64,000 nucleotides of DNA from an uncultured Candidatus Saccharibacteria bacterium (GCA_964645315.1 CAZYBH010000003.1:5789-69788), one strand, 5' to 3'; shown: positions 1-9,307, numbered from the stretch's first letter. Notes: generated by a model from the letters alone, not told the origin. Made by a program: numbers and translations.

Positions 1-525
1 ACCCAAGAACTTGCTGACCATCTCTGATTCTGGAAGTAAATCTTCATTTTTAAGATTTGTGTATAGTTTCTTCAATGCTTCTTCTACCTTTTTTGCTAGA
101 ACTTCATTTACATGCCAGCGATGACGGAATTCATCATCTTCTTTGAATTTTCGGAAAGGTTCACCGACTACTAGCAAGAAATAGATGTGATTTTGGAGAC
201 TAGGATCTTTTGAGACATGGCCTAGGAAATCATCTTCAACGACAATACCACCTAGAGAGTGAAGTAAAGTCTCAATCTCAGCAAATGCAGATTTCTCTTT
301 TGCATAATCATCTGACTTGCGAATATTGGTCAAAGCGTAGTTTTCGATTTGACGGACTCTTTCGCGAGTAATGCCGTAGATCTTTCCTATAGCATCAAGT
401 GTCATACGCTTTACATCCTTGCCAAGACCGTATCTGTATGTGATCACTTCGCGAGCACGATCAGGAAGAGAAGACAAAAGTCTCTTTACAGTCTGTTTTG
501 GTTTGAATGTAAGTGTTGTTGCCAT
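1..525 (-). CDS. sigma-70 region 4-like HTH domain protein (partial, runs off window start)
   Basis: Not in ORF track. Manual translation from ATG at 525: MATTLTFKPKQTVKRLLSLLPDRAREVITYRYGLGKDVKRMTLDAIGKIYGITRERVRQIE...; TL..IG...GITRERVRQIE is the sigma region 4.2 motif. Frame is open to position 1. Confidence 0.8.
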   Translation of the reverse strand, partial: MATTLTFKPKQTVKRLLSSLPDRAREVITYRYGLGKDVKRMTLDAIGKIYGITRERVRQIENYALTNIRKSDDYAKEKSAFAEIETLLHSLGGIVVEDDFLGHVSKDPSLQNHIYFLLVVGEPFRKFKEDDEFRHRWHVNEVLAKKVEEALKKLYTNLKNEDLLPESEMVSKFLG

Positions 526-585
526 GTTTTTATAATAGTATTAATGAATATGTTTTATCATTTTATCCAATTAAAGTCAACAAGC

Positions 586-614
586 TTGCACAACTTGTAG
601 ATTTATGGTACAAC
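586..614 (+). promoter_or_regulatory. sigma70-type promoter
   Basis: TTGCAC-17-TACAAC with extended -10 TG, upstream of ATG at 639. Confidence 0.55.
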
Positions 615-638
615 GTAAATGGAAGGAACCTCAAGACC

Positions 639-1148
639 ATGAAAAAAGTGGAATGGGAAATCGGTTTTGTACTGCCGAAGCAAATCACCGGCACACCAAT
701 GTGGCTCGACACGAAACCGTTGCGGGACTTGGACATTTCGAGATCTGTCCGTCTGATCGGAACTCCCGAAAAACAATCTGGAGAATTTCTGAACTGGGCA
801 AAGGGGCAAGCAACGGATGGGACGATCTTCGCAGATATCAGGCACTTCCAGCGTCTTGCCGAGGTGCTCGAAGGCAAGTCTAGCCAGGTCGAAGGTCGAT
901 ACACTCACTTCGTCTTGGCTGGAATTGTCTTCGATACCACGGAGCAGATTCGGGTCGTGGAAAAAGTGACCGTCGCTGGCAAAACGACAGATCAGCCGAA
1001 GATGATCGACGTCAACATGCGGTCTGTTCCCGTGATGAATCTTTTCGTGATCAATAACAAGCCGGTCTGGGGCGTTGCCCTTTATCCGGCAAATCAATAC
1101 TACGGGCGACTTGGTGGTCATGACACCGCGCTCGTACTGATCGGATGA
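639..1148 (+). CDS. hypothetical protein (GC-richer orphan)
   Basis: ORF 513..1148; start refined to MKKVEWEIG at 639 (promoter and purine-rich leader); terminator follows. Confidence 0.65.
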   Translation: MKKVEWEIGFVLPKQITGTPMWLDTKPLRDLDISRSVRLIGTPEKQSGEFLNWAKGQATDGTIFADIRHFQRLAEVLEGKSSQVEGRYTHFVLAGIVFDTTEQIRVVEKVTVAGKTTDQPKMIDVNMRSVPVMNLFVINNKPVWGVALYPANQYYGRLGGHDTALVLIG

Positions 1149-1172
1149 AGTTTCCACACTTCGTCCATTTCA

Positions 1173-1207
1173 CAAGCGCCGACAACAATCGGCGCTTGGT
1201 TTATTTA
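1173..1207. terminator. intrinsic terminator between convergent genes
   Basis: CAAGCGCCGA-caacaa-TCGGCGCTTG followed by a T-rich run. Confidence 0.65.
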
Positions 1208-4200
1208 TGAAATAACAATATTGATCAATCTATTGGGTACAACGATAACTTTTGTAACCTTTTTGCCTTCCAACCACTTCTTGACAACCTCATTTTCCAT
1301 AGCGATTTTTTCGATAATAGATTTGTCTGCATTTGAAGGTGCTTCGAAACTTCCTCTCAACTTACCATTGATCTGAATTGTAATATTTACGATATCTTCT
1401 TGGACAAAATCTGGGTTATATTCTGGCCAAGGAGCGATATGAATTGACTTTTTATTTCCCAAATTCATCCACAATTCTTCAGTAAAATGAGGGGCAAAAG
1501 GAGCCAAAAGTTTGATCAAATTAGAAAAATTTTGTTTATCGATAATTCCGATTTTTTCTACTTCATTTACTGTAATCATAAGGGTACTGATTGCTGTATT
1601 GAATCGTAGTGATTTGATATCATCAGTCACCTTCTTGATTGCTTTGTGAATGTATTTTGATATTTCTTTTGTTTGATTTTGATCTAAGGTATTTGAAATT
1701 TTGTCATTCAATTTCCAGACTCTTTCTATGAATCTCCTTGTACCACTCAAGCCAGCAGTACTCCAAGCAATCTGTTGATCAAATGGACCCATAAACATTT
1801 CGTATAATCTCATCGAATCAGCACCATAGTTTTTGACTATATCATCAGGATTTACTACGTTGCCAAATCTCTTGGACATCTTCCTACCATCTTCACCCAT
1901 AATAAGACCGACGTGCTGAAGTTTGATAAATGGTTCGGTCGTCGAAACTACTCCGATGTCATACAAGAATTTGTGCCAGAAGCGGGCGTATATGAGATGG
2001 CGCGTTGCATGTTCTGCCCCACCAACATAGACATCGACTGGTGACCAATATTTTTCTTTTTTATTATCAACCAATGCTTTGGAATTTTTTGGATCCATGT
2101 AGCGCAAATAGTACCAAGATGAACCTGCCCACTGTGGCATAGTATTTGTCTCTCTCTTGGCTTTGCCTTTGCAAACTGGACACTTAACATTGACCCATTT
2201 GTCTATCGAAGCAAGAGGCGACTCACCAGTACCAGTAGGTTCGTAAGATTTGACTCGAGGTAATGTCACTGGCAAATCTTTGAAAGGTACGGGTACAATT
2301 CCGTTTGATTCTGGTCTTATCAATTTGCAATTTTCGCAATGAATAATTGGCATTGGCTCGCCCCAATATCGTTGACGCGAAAATACCCAATCACGAAGTT
2401 TGTATTTTGTAACCCACTTGCCACCAACAAAATCTGTAATTTCTTTTTTTATTTCTTCAGAATTTTTGCCGTTGAATTGACCTGAATCCATAACAATACC
2501 ATAACCGGTATATGCTATATCACCATTTAATCTCTGACGCCAATAAGGCATCTCCGAATGCGTCATAAAATCATCTGTAAGTGTTGAGAAAGATTCCCAA
2601 AATATTTCATGTTGGGCATTTTCTTCATCACTAACATTATCTTTTTCTTCATTTTCCAAATCAAAGGTAACCAACGATGTTAAAGCCAATCTATTTTGAT
2701 CTTTATGAGCTGCAAAATATTCTGCTCTGACTATACCGCCCAAAACTTTGCCATTTGAAAGATTTTTGTAGCCAGTCTCCTCTTGTACTTCTCTTTTGGC
2801 TGCTGTTATCAGATCTTCACCTTGTTCGACTCCTCCCATTGGGAAAGTTGTCCAAGGATGCTTTTTCCATTTCAAACAAAGAATCTTTCCATCTTTTGGA
2901 TTTCTTACAATGACATGAACATTTCTTCTTTCTACTTTTTGCTTACCAGCCACTGGAGGATTTCTTTTATCGACGATGTGTGGAGCGATGACTTGCTTTA
3001 TTGAAAGATTGTATTTTGTTGCAAACTCCCAATCTCTATCATCATGAGCGGGTACGGCCATGACTGCGCCTGTGCCATAATCTGGCAAGACATAATCAGC
3101 AATCCAAAGTGGCACAGCTTCATTGTTTGCTGGATTAATAACCTTGATACCTTTCAATTCAACACCCGTCTTTTCTTTTTTTACATCTGTCCTTTCAATT
3201 TCGCTAATATTTTTTACTTTCTTTATATATTCTTCAACTTCGTTTCTATTTTCTACAATACTCAAAAATTCAGAGACTAGTTTGTGCTCTGGAGCAAGGA
3301 CAACATAAGTAACCCCAAATAATGTATCCGGCCTTGTCGTAAATACTTCTATTTCTTTTTCACCTTTTACCTTTTCCCTATTACCTCCTTGCCCTCCGTA
3401 GCCTTGGCGAAGGAGGGTTACCTTAAATGTAATCAACGCTCCCTCACTCTTCCCAATCCAATTTTTCTGCAAAATCTTTATCGATTCTGGCCAATCAAGC
3501 AAATTACCGCCCTTTTCATTTTTCAAATCAAGATCAGATAAAAGTCTCTCGGCATAGTCAGTAATTTTCAAAACCCATTGACGCATAGGTTTCTTTTCGA
3601 CAACAGTACCACAACGCTCACAACGACCATCCTCAACATCTTCATTTGCCAAACCAGTCTTGCATGAAGGACACCAATTTATCGGCTCATATGATTCATA
3701 AGCCAAACCTTTTTCTAATAATTTCAAAAAGATCCACTGTGTCCATTTGTAATATTTTGGATCGGTGGTGTTGACCTCGCGCGACCAATCATAATCGAAG
3801 CCAAGTATTTCCAATTGCTTCTTGTATCTTGCAACATTCTTCTTGACCGAATCGGCCGGATTGGTCTTGGTCTTTAGTGCATAATTTTCTGCTGGTAGAC
3901 CGAAAGCGTCAAAGCCCATAGGATGTAGAACCGAGTGACCATTCATGCGCTTGAAACGAGAAATGACATCGGTGGCAATATAGCCTTTTGGATGACCAAC
4001 ATGCAAACCTTCACCGGATGGATATGGGAACATATCGAGAACATAAAATTTCTCTCTTTTACCAACTTCTTTTGATTGGTACAATTTGGTCTTTTGCCAT
4101 TTCTTCTGCCATTTGGATTCGATGGGGGCGGGGTTATAGGTTTTGAGCGTTATCTTTTTTGTACTTACTGATGCGCTTTTTCTTGGCTTTTGCCCTTTGC

Positions 4201-4240
4201 CTTTTACCTTTTTTAATGCCTTAGATTTTACTTTTTTCAT
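1205..4240 (-). CDS. leuS: leucine--tRNA ligase with inserted NUDIX domain
   Basis: MFPYPSGEGLHVGH (HIGH), KMSKR, CP1 editing motifs FTTRPDT and GTGAVMAVPAHD; Nudix box GGVEQGEDLITAAKREVQEETG; start refined to 4240. Confidence 0.97.
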   Translation of the reverse strand: MKKVKSKALKKVKGKGQKPRKSASVSTKKITLKTYNPAPIESKWQKKWQKTKLYQSKEVGKREKFYVLDMFPYPSGEGLHVGHPKGYIATDVISRFKRMNGHSVLHPMGFDAFGLPAENYALKTKTNPADSVKKNVARYKKQLEILGFDYDWSREVNTTDPKYYKWTQWIFLKLLEKGLAYESYEPINWCPSCKTGLANEDVEDGRCERCGTVVEKKPMRQWVLKITDYAERLLSDLDLKNEKGGNLLDWPESIKILQKNWIGKSEGALITFKVTLLRQGYGGQGGNREKVKGEKEIEVFTTRPDTLFGVTYVVLAPEHKLVSEFLSIVENRNEVEEYIKKVKNISEIERTDVKKEKTGVELKGIKVINPANNEAVPLWIADYVLPDYGTGAVMAVPAHDDRDWEFATKYNLSIKQVIAPHIVDKRNPPVAGKQKVERRNVHVIVRNPKDGKILCLKWKKHPWTTFPMGGVEQGEDLITAAKREVQEETGYKNLSNGKVLGGIVRAEYFAAHKDQNRLALTSLVTFDLENEEKDNVSDEENAQHEIFWESFSTLTDDFMTHSEMPYWRQRLNGDIAYTGYGIVMDSGQFNGKNSEEIKKEITDFVGGKWVTKYKLRDWVFSRQRYWGEPMPIIHCENCKLIRPESNGIVPVPFKDLPVTLPRVKSYEPTGTGESPLASIDKWVNVKCPVCKGKAKRETNTMPQWAGSSWYYLRYMDPKNSKALVDNKKEKYWSPVDVYVGGAEHATRHLIYARFWHKFLYDIGVVSTTEPFIKLQHVGLIMGEDGRKMSKRFGNVVNPDDIVKNYGADSMRLYEMFMGPFDQQIAWSTAGLSGTRRFIERVWKLNDKISNTLDQNQTKEISKYIHKAIKKVTDDIKSLRFNTAISTLMITVNEVEKIGIIDKQNFSNLIKLLAPFAPHFTEELWMNLGNKKSIHIAPWPEYNPDFVQEDIVNITIQINGKLRGSFEAPSNADKSIIEKIAMENEVVKKWLEGKKVTKVIVVPNRLINIVIS
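3388..3417. repeat. 30-bp hairpin repeat inserted in leuS
   Basis: CTTGCCCTCCGTAGCCTTGGCGAAGGAGGG; reverse complement matches the ychF repeat unit at 25/30 positions. Confidence 0.75.
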
Positions 4241-4298
4241 AGAGCAATCATAGCGGAAAGTGGGTTTTGACGCAAAATTGTGCTGATTTAAAAGGGTA

Positions 4299-4327
4299 TT
4301 GACAATCATTATGTGGTATGCTATAAT
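4299..4327 (+). promoter_or_regulatory. consensus sigma70 promoter
   Basis: TTGACA-17-TATAAT with TGn extended -10. Confidence 0.8.
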
Positions 4328-4335
4328 TGAAGTAG

Positions 4336-4515
4336 ATGAATACCACCCAAATAACGACGTTCACGGGAACGCCCGAAGTCGCGGCCAGGAAGGCCGAGGA
4401 GTTGTTTGATGTCCAGAAGCTGGACATCAAACAGACTCTAGTCAATACGTCCACTACGTTGGTGGACGGGAAACTCATTCTGACCATCGTTGTAATCTGG
4501 ACCCGTCCGGTCTAG
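4336..4515 (+). CDS. small hypothetical protein (59 aa)
   Basis: MNTTQITTFTGTPEVAARKAEELFDVQKLDIKQTLVNTSTTLVDGKLILTIVVIWTRPV, between a perfect promoter and a terminator; below the ORF-track cut-off. Confidence 0.7.
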   Translation: MNTTQITTFTGTPEVAARKAEELFDVQKLDIKQTLVNTSTTLVDGKLILTIVVIWTRPV

Positions 4516-4527
4516 TAACAACGAACG

Positions 4528-4563
4528 CATCGCGTTCCCTCCGGGGGGCGCGATGATTTTTTT
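4528..4563 (+). terminator. intrinsic terminator
   Basis: CATCGCGTTCCC-tccg-GGGGGCGCGATG followed by a T run. Confidence 0.7.
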
Positions 4564-4580
4564 ACAAACATTTTATGGAA

Positions 4581-5165
4581 TCAGACAAACCACTTTTTCC
4601 TATGCTTATCTAAATAGGTCATAATATCTTCGAGAAAATATTGAGCAAAACTATTGTATTTGCTTGTCTTACTTCTTTTTCGATTATTAAAATCTTCAAA
4701 ACTAACTTTTCTCTTGAGCCAATGATCATCTTCAGATAGTAGTACAGTAAGAATAGGCTCAATTTTTTCTATTATATATACAAATATAGCCTCTTCATCT
4801 TGCCTCTTTTCGTAAATATCAATTTCTTTCCAAATATTAATTAAATCTGGATATCTACTTTTTAACTTTGCCAGAGATTTCAATTCTCTTTTATGTTTAT
4901 CAATCTTCTTATTTGAATATATGGAAACATCACCAGCATAAACTTCTACAAAGTCATGGATGAGTGAATACTTTATAACTTTATTTAAATCAAGTTTTAA
5001 ATTATATTTTTCAATAATCATCCAACAAAGCATAGCAACCCTATATGAATGTTCTGCATCATTGTCTCTAATCATAGAACTATGGATCGAATCGAGGTCT
5101 CTATATGTAGAATTAAAGCGCTTCAATAATTTCTGATAGGCGATAATATTTTTGAAATATTCCAT
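4581..5165 (-). CDS. HD-domain phosphohydrolase (YfbR/HD_3-like)
   Basis: AEHSYRVAML and LIHDFVEVYAGD motifs. Confidence 0.85.
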   Translation of the reverse strand: MEYFKNIIAYQKLLKRFNSTYRDLDSIHSSMIRDNDAEHSYRVAMLCWMIIEKYNLKLDLNKVIKYSLIHDFVEVYAGDVSIYSNKKIDKHKRELKSLAKLKSRYPDLINIWKEIDIYEKRQDEEAIFVYIIEKIEPILTVLLSEDDHWLKRKVSFEDFNNRKRSKTSKYNSFAQYFLEDIMTYLDKHRKKWFV

Positions 5166-5200
5166 ATGGGCAGTGTACTATATTTCATAAAGAAATAAAG

Positions 5201-5233
5201 TTATACCTTAAACTCTATGACACTACCGTCTTC
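5201..5233 (-). repeat. duplicate of ychF 3' end (copy B)
   Basis: Encodes EDGSVIEFKV* versus ychF KDGDVIEFKV*. Confidence 0.8.
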
Positions 5234-5583
5234 ATCTTTTCAAGAAATTTATCAAGATTTAACTGATCTTTTACTCTTAGAAAACTTCTATCAAAGATAA
5301 TTTGGTATTCATCTTCATATAGAATTTTTTCTGGCCGATCAATTATTATTACATCAACACCTCCTTTGATGACAGATTTGTGCCAGTTCAACAATCCAGA
5401 ATCGAAATACTTTTTTAATCCGAAATCCTTCCAGAAAGATATTGCTCCAGGATATTTTGGTCCCTCCTTCGGTAACCATGATCCATCTGGTTTATTCAAG
5501 CGGCGAGGATCACTCATTTCAATCTCATTTGAGATTGCTTCATAAATTCCTACGCCATTTGTGATAAATCGGTAATATTCCAT
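5215..5583 (-). CDS. hypothetical protein (122 aa)
   Basis: ORF 5215..5835; start refined to MEYYRF, 4 nt after the ychF stop; its stop lies inside repeat copy B. Confidence 0.75.
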   Translation of the reverse strand: MEYYRFITNGVGIYEAISNEIEMSDPRRLNKPDGSWLPKEGPKYPGAISFWKDFGLKKYFDSGLLNWHKSVIKGGVDVIIIDRPEKILYEDEYQIIFDRSFLRVKDQLNLDKFLEKMKTVVS

Positions 5584-5587
5584 ATGT

Positions 5588-6784
5588 CTAAACCTTAAAC
5601 TCAATAACATCACCATCTTTGACGACATACTCCTTACCTTCAATGCGAAGTAGACCTTTTTCGCGAGCAGAGGCATACGATCCTGAAGCGAGCAATTTGT
5701 CCCATTCAATAACTTCTGCACGAATAAATTTGTCTTTGAAATCTGTGTGAATAGCTGTACCCGCAAGAGGTGCTGTCCAACCTCGCTTGATGGTCCAGGC
5801 TCTAGTCTCATCTTCCCCAGTAGTAAAATAGACAATTAGATTCAACAAATCATAGCCAGTTCGAATAAGATTATTTATACCATCCCCCTTCGCCAAGGCT
5901 TCGGGGGACAGGTCCTCCTTCGCCAAGGCTTCGGGGGACAGGTCCTCTTTCGCTGAAACGAGTTCAGACGAGGCTGGAGAGATCGTTTCTCCAACCAAGG
6001 CTTTTCTCATTTCTTCTTTTTCCTCATGATCGAAATCTTTCAATTCATTTTCGATACCAGCATCAACGACTACCCATTTGGAATTATTATTTTGAAAAAA
6101 ACTAATCAAAGCCTTATAGCGCTCATCATTCAATTCATCCAAATTTTTGCCACCACTTTTTTTATTCAAAACATAAAGAATTGGCTTTGATGTTATCAAA
6201 CATAATTGTTTCAAATATGGTTCTTCAAATTCATCTACTTTGACCGTAGAAGCCAGTTTACCAGATTCGAGTATAGGAATAATTTTGTCCAATAGACCCA
6301 TTTCCAAAATCGCTTCCTTTCTACCTGATTTGAAGTCTTTTGAAAGATTACTCTTTCTCTTTGTCACGGTAGCGAGGTCTGCCATTATCAATTCAAGATT
6401 GATAACTTCTATATCCTTGAGTGGATTGATCTTGCCGTCGACATGGATGATATTGTCATCCTCGAAAATCCTTACTACTTCTGCAATAGCATCGGTCTCT
6501 CTAATGTTTGATAAAAATTGATTGCCCAGACCCTCTCCTTCTGATGCGCCTTTGACCAAGCCAGCAATATCGACAAATTCGATAGCGGCAGGAATTGTCT
6601 TTGCAGATTTTGAAAAATGAGATAATTTCCAAAGTCGCTCATCAGGAACAGCAACAACTCCGACAGATGGATCGATAGTAGCAAATGGATAATTTGCAAT
6701 AAGAACGCTCTTTTTTGTAAGCGCGCTAAAAAGGGTTGATTTTCCCACATTTGGCAGACCGACTATTCCGATTGATAGAGACAT
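5588..6784 (-). CDS. ychF: redox-regulated ATPase YchF (Obg family)
   Basis: GIVGLPNVGKST, ANYPFATIDP, FVDIAGLVKGASEGEGLGNQFL; C-terminus KEYVVKDGDVIEFKV. Confidence 0.97.
   Translation of the reverse strand: MSLSIGIVGLPNVGKSTLFSALTKKSVLIANYPFATIDPSVGVVAVPDERLWKLSHFSKSAKTIPAAIEFVDIAGLVKGASEGEGLGNQFLSNIRETDAIAEVVRIFEDDNIIHVDGKINPLKDIEVINLELIMADLATVTKRKSNLSKDFKSGRKEAILEMGLLDKIIPILESGKLASTVKVDEFEEPYLKQLCLITSKPILYVLNKKSGGKNLDELNDERYKALISFFQNNNSKWVVVDAGIENELKDFDHEEKEEMRKALVGETISPASSELVSAKEDLSPEALAKEDLSPEALAKGDGINNLIRTGYDLLNLIVYFTTGEDETRAWTIKRGWTAPLAGTAIHTDFKDKFIRAEVIEWDKLLASGSYASAREKGLLRIEGKEYVVKDGDVIEFKV
5883..5977. repeat. tandem 30-bp hairpin repeats inserted in frame in ychF
   Basis: TCC(C/T)CCTTCGCCAAGGCTTCGGGGGACAGG twice plus a degenerate third unit; encodes (LSPEALAKE/GD)x2. 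Confidence 0.85.
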
Positions 6785-6804
6785 AATTTTTATCCACAAT
6801 TAAC

Positions 6805-6832
6805 TTGACATATTAATAATATTCGTTACAAT
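6805..6832 (+). promoter_or_regulatory. promoter convergent on NYN gene
   Basis: TTGACA-16-TACAAT with no plausible + strand gene downstream. Confidence 0.6.
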
Positions 6833-6839
6833 TAAATTA

Positions 6840-6895
6840 ATCACTACGAGGAAGACCCTGATGCAGTTCCGTCTGCATTGGGGGCTTTTTCTTTT
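6840..6895 (+). ncRNA. candidate small hairpin RNA antisense to NYN gene 3' end
   Basis: CCCTGATGCAG-ttccgt-CTGCATTGGGG stem and U-tract directly after the promoter. Confidence 0.45.
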
Positions 6896-7422
6896 ACATT
6901 CCTCTCATGTAACTCAAGGTTTGATTTTTGATCATCCAGATATGCAATCGGAGCACCAGTTCTTTTTAATAATATTGAGCATCTCTTTGGATTACTTGGA
7001 GACAAAATTGCCTTCAGCTTCCCACCGGCTAATAATACCTTTATCAGTGGTGCATAATCTCCATCACTTGCGACTATAACGGCTTTTTCTAAGAAACCTA
7101 AATAAAAATCGCTACTGGCTTTCATTAGTAAATCTGAATCACAATTACCCTTTGGTTTACCATCTGCGTAAACAACATCCTTAAAGATCAACTCAAAACC
7201 ACATTCTTGTATATAAGAATATAAATCCTTGTACTTTGGGATCAGGCCAATAAAAATATAAGCTATTTTTACATCATATTTCTCAGATAACCAGATCCTG
7301 AACTTCCGATAATCTAAACGCCAATTTAAATGATTTCTGAGAGCTTTATCAAGATTTGTAGCATCAATATAAGCAATATTGACCGGATGCTCTTTTTGCA
7401 ACTTATTTTGAAACAAAGACAT
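6844..7422 (-). CDS. NYN (LabA/DUF88, PIN-like) domain protein
   Basis: YIDATNL, KGNCDSDL and ASDGDYAPL acidic motifs; start refined to 7422. Confidence 0.88.
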   Translation of the reverse strand: MSLFQNKLQKEHPVNIAYIDATNLDKALRNHLNWRLDYRKFRIWLSEKYDVKIAYIFIGLIPKYKDLYSYIQECGFELIFKDVVYADGKPKGNCDSDLLMKASSDFYLGFLEKAVIVASDGDYAPLIKVLLAGGKLKAILSPSNPKRCSILLKRTGAPIAYLDDQKSNLELHERNVKEKAPNADGTASGSSS

Positions 7423-7485
7423 GAAATGAGCATAACACAAAGCGGTGCTACTTGTCATAGCACCGCTCGAACCTCTCCAGATTCA

Positions 7486-7746
7486 CTACCGTCGAGCAGA
7501 CCGAACAGGACGAACACCCCGAGGGTCACAGAGAAAGACCTGTCCCGGACCCAGACCCGTATGTGTGGCTCGAGGAGCCGGAAGCTCCTCAGGGTTGGCT
7601 TTAAACCCGAGCTGGCTTCGTCCGTTTTTGCGGTCTCTGGCTGAACCATGAGTTCTCTTCAAAACCCACTCAGGAATTTTCCCATTGTTTTGCCGGTGAC
7701 GATGCAATGCAGACTTCGACGGAATGATTTTGTATCCATTCGCCAT
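7486..7746 (-). CDS. hypothetical basic protein (GC-richer orphan)
   Basis: Start MANGYK with AGAAAGGAAAG leader; no recognisable motif; competing frames exist. Confidence 0.4.
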   Translation of the reverse strand: MANGYKIIPSKSALHRHRQNNGKIPEWVLKRTHGSARDRKNGRSQLGFKANPEELPAPRATHTGLGPGQVFLCDPRGVRPVRSARR

Positions 7747-7835
7747 AGCTTTCCTTTCTACTAAGAGTTGCTCTACCGAATTCTGTCCGATAACATCATA
7801 CCACAAATAATCGATGAATTCAAACAATTCTTCCA

Positions 7836-9275
7836 TCACACCACCTCACTTGCACCTTTATCGTAAAGATTGAGTGGAATTTTATCCAAATTTTGAAGAA
7901 TAGGTGTTATATATTCCCAAGAAGCCATAATTTCGCCAGTCGATGCAAAAAGAGTCTGATCACCTATGAAGGCATCGTGAATCAATCTCTCATAATCATT
8001 CTTCAACAAATTGAAATTTGGTACATCTGAATACTTGAACTTCAATGTCTTGGCCTCAGTATCAAAACCGTATCCAGGCGTTTTTACAAAAAACTTGATT
8101 TTTATACCTTCATCAGGTTGTACTCGAAAAGTCAAAATGTTTTGTTCCAAAATATCTTCATTTTTTGTTACTTTCTTTTTGCCTTTTATTTTATTTTTGA
8201 AATATATATCGATCTCAGTCTTTGTCTCACTCAAAGCCTTCCCATTTTCGAGGTAAAATGTCACTCCTTTCCATCTAGAATTTTCAACCTCTGCTTTGAG
8301 CAAAAAATATGACTCAGTTTTCGATTCTGGATTGACCTTTTCATCAAGATAACCTTTGTACTGTCCGCGTACTAGATTTTGGACAACTTGTCTTGAATTT
8401 AGCTTCTTGAGACTAGACAATACCTTTTGCCTTTCCCTACGGATATCTGTAGCCTGCATTTTCTTGGGTGTATCCATAGCGACAAGAGCGAGCATTTGGA
8501 GCATGTGATTTTGTCCTACATCTTTCAATGCACCGATCGGATCATAGAATGCGCCACGGCCTTCAAGACCGATCTTTTCGTAAAGTTTGATATGGACTTT
8601 GTCGATATGATCACTATTCCACAATGATTCGAAGATCGGATTTGTAAAGCGAAATGTCAAAATATTTTGCAAAGCTTCTTTTGCAAGATAGTGGTCGATA
8701 CGGAAAATCTGCTCTTCTTTGAATAATTTACCCAATAACTTATCCAAAGATTTTGCCGTTTCTATATCATTTCCAAATGGCTTCTCTATGAGAACGCGAG
8801 TCCAGCCACTTAGATCATCACAAGGTACAGTCAGACCTGAATTGGCCAATTCTTTCAAAATACCTTCATAAAGATTTGGTGGTACAGAAAGATGGAAAAG
8901 TTTGTTGGAACATTGACCCCAAGCATCATCGGTTTTCTTGAGTCGATCAGCCAGCCTCGAATATGCAATCGGAGAATCGAAATATCCCTGTTCGTATGAA
9001 ATATGATCAAGAAAATGTTTTACATCTTCTTCATTAAATTGACCAGGGAGAATATTGAGTCGGCTTCGAATTAATTCTCTAAATTCTTCTCTAGTAAATT
9101 GTCTTCTTGAAAATCCGACAATAGAAAATCTCGGAGGCAGAAGCTTCTTTACATAAAGTGACAATAGAGCTGGCAAAAGTTTGCGATGAGCGAGATCGCC
9201 GGTAATGCCGAAAATTACAAATATTGTCGGATGCAGAGCAAGAGGTGCTATTGGCTGATTTAGCTTGATTTCCAT
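7836..9275 (-). CDS. zwf: glucose-6-phosphate dehydrogenase
   Basis: IFGITGDLA, EKPFG, RIDHYLAKE motifs. Confidence 0.96.
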   Translation of the reverse strand: MEIKLNQPIAPLALHPTIFVIFGITGDLAHRKLLPALLSLYVKKLLPPRFSIVGFSRRQFTREEFRELIRSRLNILPGQFNEEDVKHFLDHISYEQGYFDSPIAYSRLADRLKKTDDAWGQCSNKLFHLSVPPNLYEGILKELANSGLTVPCDDLSGWTRVLIEKPFGNDIETAKSLDKLLGKLFKEEQIFRIDHYLAKEALQNILTFRFTNPIFESLWNSDHIDKVHIKLYEKIGLEGRGAFYDPIGALKDVGQNHMLQMLALVAMDTPKKMQATDIRRERQKVLSSLKKLNSRQVVQNLVRGQYKGYLDEKVNPESKTESYFLLKAEVENSRWKGVTFYLENGKALSETKTEIDIYFKNKIKGKKKVTKNEDILEQNILTFRVQPDEGIKIKFFVKTPGYGFDTEAKTLKFKYSDVPNFNLLKNDYERLIHDAFIGDQTLFASTGEIMASWEYITPILQNLDKIPLNLYDKGASEVV

Positions 9276-9307
9276 AAGGATTATAGTATATGAGAAAAGT
9301 CTTCTTT

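Noticed and set aside
5883-5977. Tandem 30-bp palindromic repeats as a CRISPR array
   Set aside because: There are no spacers, the units lie in frame inside ychF, and no cas genes are present in the window.
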